A DNA stretch of 64,000 nucleotides from Actinomycetota bacterium (lineage in GTDB: Bacteria > Actinomycetota > Actinomycetes > Nanopelagicales > Nanopelagicaceae), in the NCBI GenBank assembly GCA_026392945.1, contig JAPLBB010000016.1, positions 4,983 to 68,982 on the forward strand, given 5' to 3'. Below, in pieces: positions 61,408 to 64,000 of this stretch. Both the position numbers and the translations under genes were made by a program. Each line of letters opens with the position of its first letter. The stretch's first letter is position 1. The notes under the pieces are model-generated. The model did no database searches, was not told where the DNA came from, and saw only the letters and a program-made list of their open reading frames with translations.

Positions 61408-61962
61408 GTGGGCCTAGAAGAAAAGTTACCAAGTGGATTTTTATTAACAACAGTTGAAAAGCTTGCTGGTTACATGCGCAAGAACTCATTATGGCCAGCA
61501 ACATTTGGTTTGGCATGCTGCGCGATTGAAATGATGGCAGCAGGTGCTGGGCGGTATGACTTAGCAAGATTTGGAATGGAAGTTTTTCGTGCTTCTCCTC
61601 GCCAGGCTGATTTAATGATTGTGGCTGGCCGAGTTAGCAACAAAATGGCGCCAGTAGTTCGTCAGATTTATGATCAAATGGCTGCTCCCAAGTGGACAAT
61701 TGCAATGGGCGCATGCGCATCATCTGGTGGAATGTTTAATAATTATGCAATTGTGCAGGGAGTTGATCACATAATTCCAGTTGATATTTATTTACCAGGT
61801 TGCCCACCACGTCCTGAAATGTTAATGGATGCAATTCTAAAACTGCATGAGCAAATTGGTAATGAAAAATTAGGTCCAAATCGAGAGAAAATTATTAGAG
61901 AGGTTGAAGCTGCTGCCCTTGCTGCTAAACCAACTCATCAATTAAAGGGATTACTCACATGA
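61408..61962 (+). CDS. nuoB: NADH-quinone oxidoreductase subunit B
   Basis: [22 protein letters not shown]. Start placed at GTG 61408 (MGLEEKLP) rather than 61375. Confidence 0.96.
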   Translation: MGLEEKLPSGFLLTTVEKLAGYMRKNSLWPATFGLACCAIEMMAAGAGRYDLARFGMEVFRASPRQADLMIVAGRVSNKMAPVVRQIYDQMAAPKWTIAMGACASSGGMFNNYAIVQGVDHIIPVDIYLPGCPPRPEMLMDAILKLHEQIGNEKLGPNREKIIREVEAAALAAKPTHQLKGLLT

Positions 61963-62588
61963 GTGAGAATGGAATGTTTGGGGCAAGTGGAAGTGGTGAC
62001 ACTTCAGGGTTTGGTGGCCTAGTAAATACAACAACAGTTATTGGCTCAACTCAGCGCCCATTTGGTAGCTATTTCGATCAGGTCGCAGATGATTTAGAAA
62101 GAGCTTATCCACTATTTAGTGATGCGATTGAAAAAGTTGTTGTAGACCGTGGTGAGTTAACATTATTTATCAAACGAGACCGTTTGTTTGATGTAGCAAA
62201 AATTTTGCGTGACCAACTTAAATTTGAGATGTGTATTGGCGTTAGTGGTGCGCATTATCCAGATGAGAGTGGCCGAGAGTTACACGCGGTTTATTCATTA
62301 CTTTCAATTACTAGAAATCAAAGAATTAGATTAGAAGTTAGTGTTTCAGATAAAGATTCACATGTCCCTTCATTAGTTGAGGTGTGGGCTGGAACTAACT
62401 GGCATGAGCGCGAAACTTATGACATGTTTGGAATTGTTTTTGATAATCACCCGGGCCTCACTCGAATTTTGATGCCAGATGATTGGCCCGGACATCCACA
62501 ACGAAAAGATTATCCACTAGGTGGAATTGAGATTGAATATAAAGGTGCAACAATTCCAGCGCCTTCACAACGTCGGAGCTACAAATGA
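61959..62588 (+). CDS. nuoC: NADH-quinone oxidoreductase subunit C
   Basis: [20 protein letters not shown]. Confidence 0.96.
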   Translation: MSENGMFGASGSGDTSGFGGLVNTTTVIGSTQRPFGSYFDQVADDLERAYPLFSDAIEKVVVDRGELTLFIKRDRLFDVAKILRDQLKFEMCIGVSGAHYPDESGRELHAVYSLLSITRNQRIRLEVSVSDKDSHVPSLVEVWAGTNWHERETYDMFGIVFDNHPGLTRILMPDDWPGHPQRKDYPLGGIEIEYKGATIPAPSQRRSYK

Positions 62589-63925
62589 CAACATTTACTG
62601 ATCCTTACGCATCCTCACAAGAAACCACCGAAGGACGGGTTTACTCCTTAACTGGTGGTGATTGGGATTCATTAGTTACTGAAATTGGTGCAACTAAAGA
62701 AGAGCGTGTGGTTTTAAATATGGGACCACAACATCCATCAACACATGGTGTGCTTCGTTTAATTTTGGAGCTAGAGGGCGAAACAGTTACTGAAACTAGA
62801 TGCGGAATTGGTTATCTACACACTGGAATTGAGAAAAATACTGAATTTAGAAACTGGACCCAAGGTGTAACTTTTGTAACGAGAATGGATTATTTATCTC
62901 CAATATTTAATGAAACTGCTTATTGCTTAGGTGTCGAAAAGTTACTTGGAATTACAAATGATGTGACTGAGCGAGCAACTGTTATTCGTGTAATGATGAT
63001 GGAGTTCAATCGAATTTCTTCTCACATGGTTGCATTAGGAACTGGTGCCCTTGAGCTTGGCGCACTTTCACCAATGATTTTTGCATTTAGAGAGCGCGAG
63101 AAGGTATTAGATGTATTTGAAATGATCTCAGGTCTTCGCATGAATATGGCGTATGTAAGACCAGGTGGAGTTGCTCAAGATCTGCCACAAGGAGCATTAG
63201 CAAAGATTCGCGAAACTATAAAAGAGCTTCGGCATAATTTTAAAGATAATGAAAAATTATTAATTAGTAACTCAATCTGGATTAAACGCACGCAAGGAAT
63301 TGGCTATTTAGATTTAGCTGGCTGCACAACTTTAGGAATTACCGGTCCAGTACTTAGATCAACTGGGTTAGCTTGGGATTTAAGAAAAGCTCAACCATAT
63401 TGTGGATATGAGGATTATCAATTTGATATTCCAACTACTGACACCTGCGATGTTTATGGAAGATTTTTAATTAGAATGCAAGAGTTAGAACAATCACTAA
63501 GAATTATTGAGCAGTGTGTTACTAAGCTAGAAAAATTAGAGGGCCAGCCAGTAATGGTTGCTGATAAGAAAATTGCTTGGCCATCTCAATTATCTATTGG
63601 TGCCGATGGCATGGGTAACTCTTTAAATCACATTAGAGAGATCATGGGTGAATCAATGGAGGCTTTGATTCATCACTTTAAATTAGTTACTGAAGGATTT
63701 AGAGTGCCGGCCGGTCAGGTATATACATCAATTGAATCACCACGCGGTGAACTAGGAGTTCACTTAGTTTCAGATGGTGGAACTCGTCCTTATCGAGTGC
63801 ACTTTCGTGATCCATCTTTTAATAATCTGCAATCAACTGCCGCAATGTGTGAAGGTGGACAGATTGCCGATGTAATCGCAGCTGTTGCATCAATTGATCC
63901 AGTTATGGGTGGGGTTGATCGCTAA
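62585..63925 (+). CDS. nuoD: NADH-quinone oxidoreductase subunit D
   Basis: [37 protein letters not shown]. Confidence 0.97.
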   Translation: MTTFTDPYASSQETTEGRVYSLTGGDWDSLVTEIGATKEERVVLNMGPQHPSTHGVLRLILELEGETVTETRCGIGYLHTGIEKNTEFRNWTQGVTFVTRMDYLSPIFNETAYCLGVEKLLGITNDVTERATVIRVMMMEFNRISSHMVALGTGALELGALSPMIFAFREREKVLDVFEMISGLRMNMAYVRPGGVAQDLPQGALAKIRETIKELRHNFKDNEKLLISNSIWIKRTQGIGYLDLAGCTTLGITGPVLRSTGLAWDLRKAQPYCGYEDYQFDIPTTDTCDVYGRFLIRMQELEQSLRIIEQCVTKLEKLEGQPVMVADKKIAWPSQLSIGADGMGNSLNHIREIMGESMEALIHHFKLVTEGFRVPAGQVYTSIESPRGELGVHLVSDGGTRPYRVHFRDPSFNNLQSTAAMCEGGQIADVIAAVASIDPVMGGVDR

Positions 63926-64000
63926 TGGCATTTAAACCTGAGCAAATTTCAATTATGGATTCAATTATTGCCAGGTATCCACGCAAGCGATCAGCAATCA
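63925..64000 (+). CDS. nuoE: NADH-quinone oxidoreductase subunit E (5' partial, truncated by window end)
   Basis: ATG overlaps the nuoD stop (TAATG). Translates [25 protein letters not shown], matching the NuoE I..RYP..RSA motif. Confidence 0.85.
   Translation, partial: MAFKPEQISIMDSIIARYPRKRSAI

Overview
This 64-kb window is almost entirely core chromosome from an AT-rich (roughly 40% GC by eye), streamlined actinobacterium. Protein families and gene order are actinobacterial, intergenic gaps are tiny, and stop/start overlaps are frequent. This best fits the freshwater acI lineage (Ca. Nanopelagicales, probably Nanopelagicus-like), which is an inference. Gene order: hppA, topA, MFS-tmk fusion, holB, VOC protein, DEAD-box helicase, NCS1 permease, guaB1, TPR protein, TrmH methylase, EamA, dacB, heme o synthase, ABC exporter with NlpC/P60 hydrolase, tilS-hpt-ftsH-folEPBK-panC-nadBC-coaX-lysS-short argA-clpC, SDR, radA, Cys-rich protein, proC, two secreted unknowns flanking a 32-aa ribosomal protein bS22 gene missing from the ORF track, glutaredoxin, a WYL/helicase-associated protein-M20 peptidase-XPB operon, HAD hydrolase, system II cytochrome c maturation, menaquinone genes and nuoABCD plus the start of nuoE. 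I found no rRNA, tRNA, CRISPR array, IS element, prophage or defence island. The best leads are the coupled WYL-M20-XPB operon, the MFS-Tmk fusion, a structured SD-occluding leader before the DEAD-box helicase, a chain of inverted repeats upstream of clpC, an ABC exporter coupled to a coiled-coil NlpC/P60 hydrolase, widespread leaderless promoter geometry, and loss of hem/rex, lsr2 and disA from their usual loci. None of these is demonstrated to be a new system. All are hypotheses from sequence reading.
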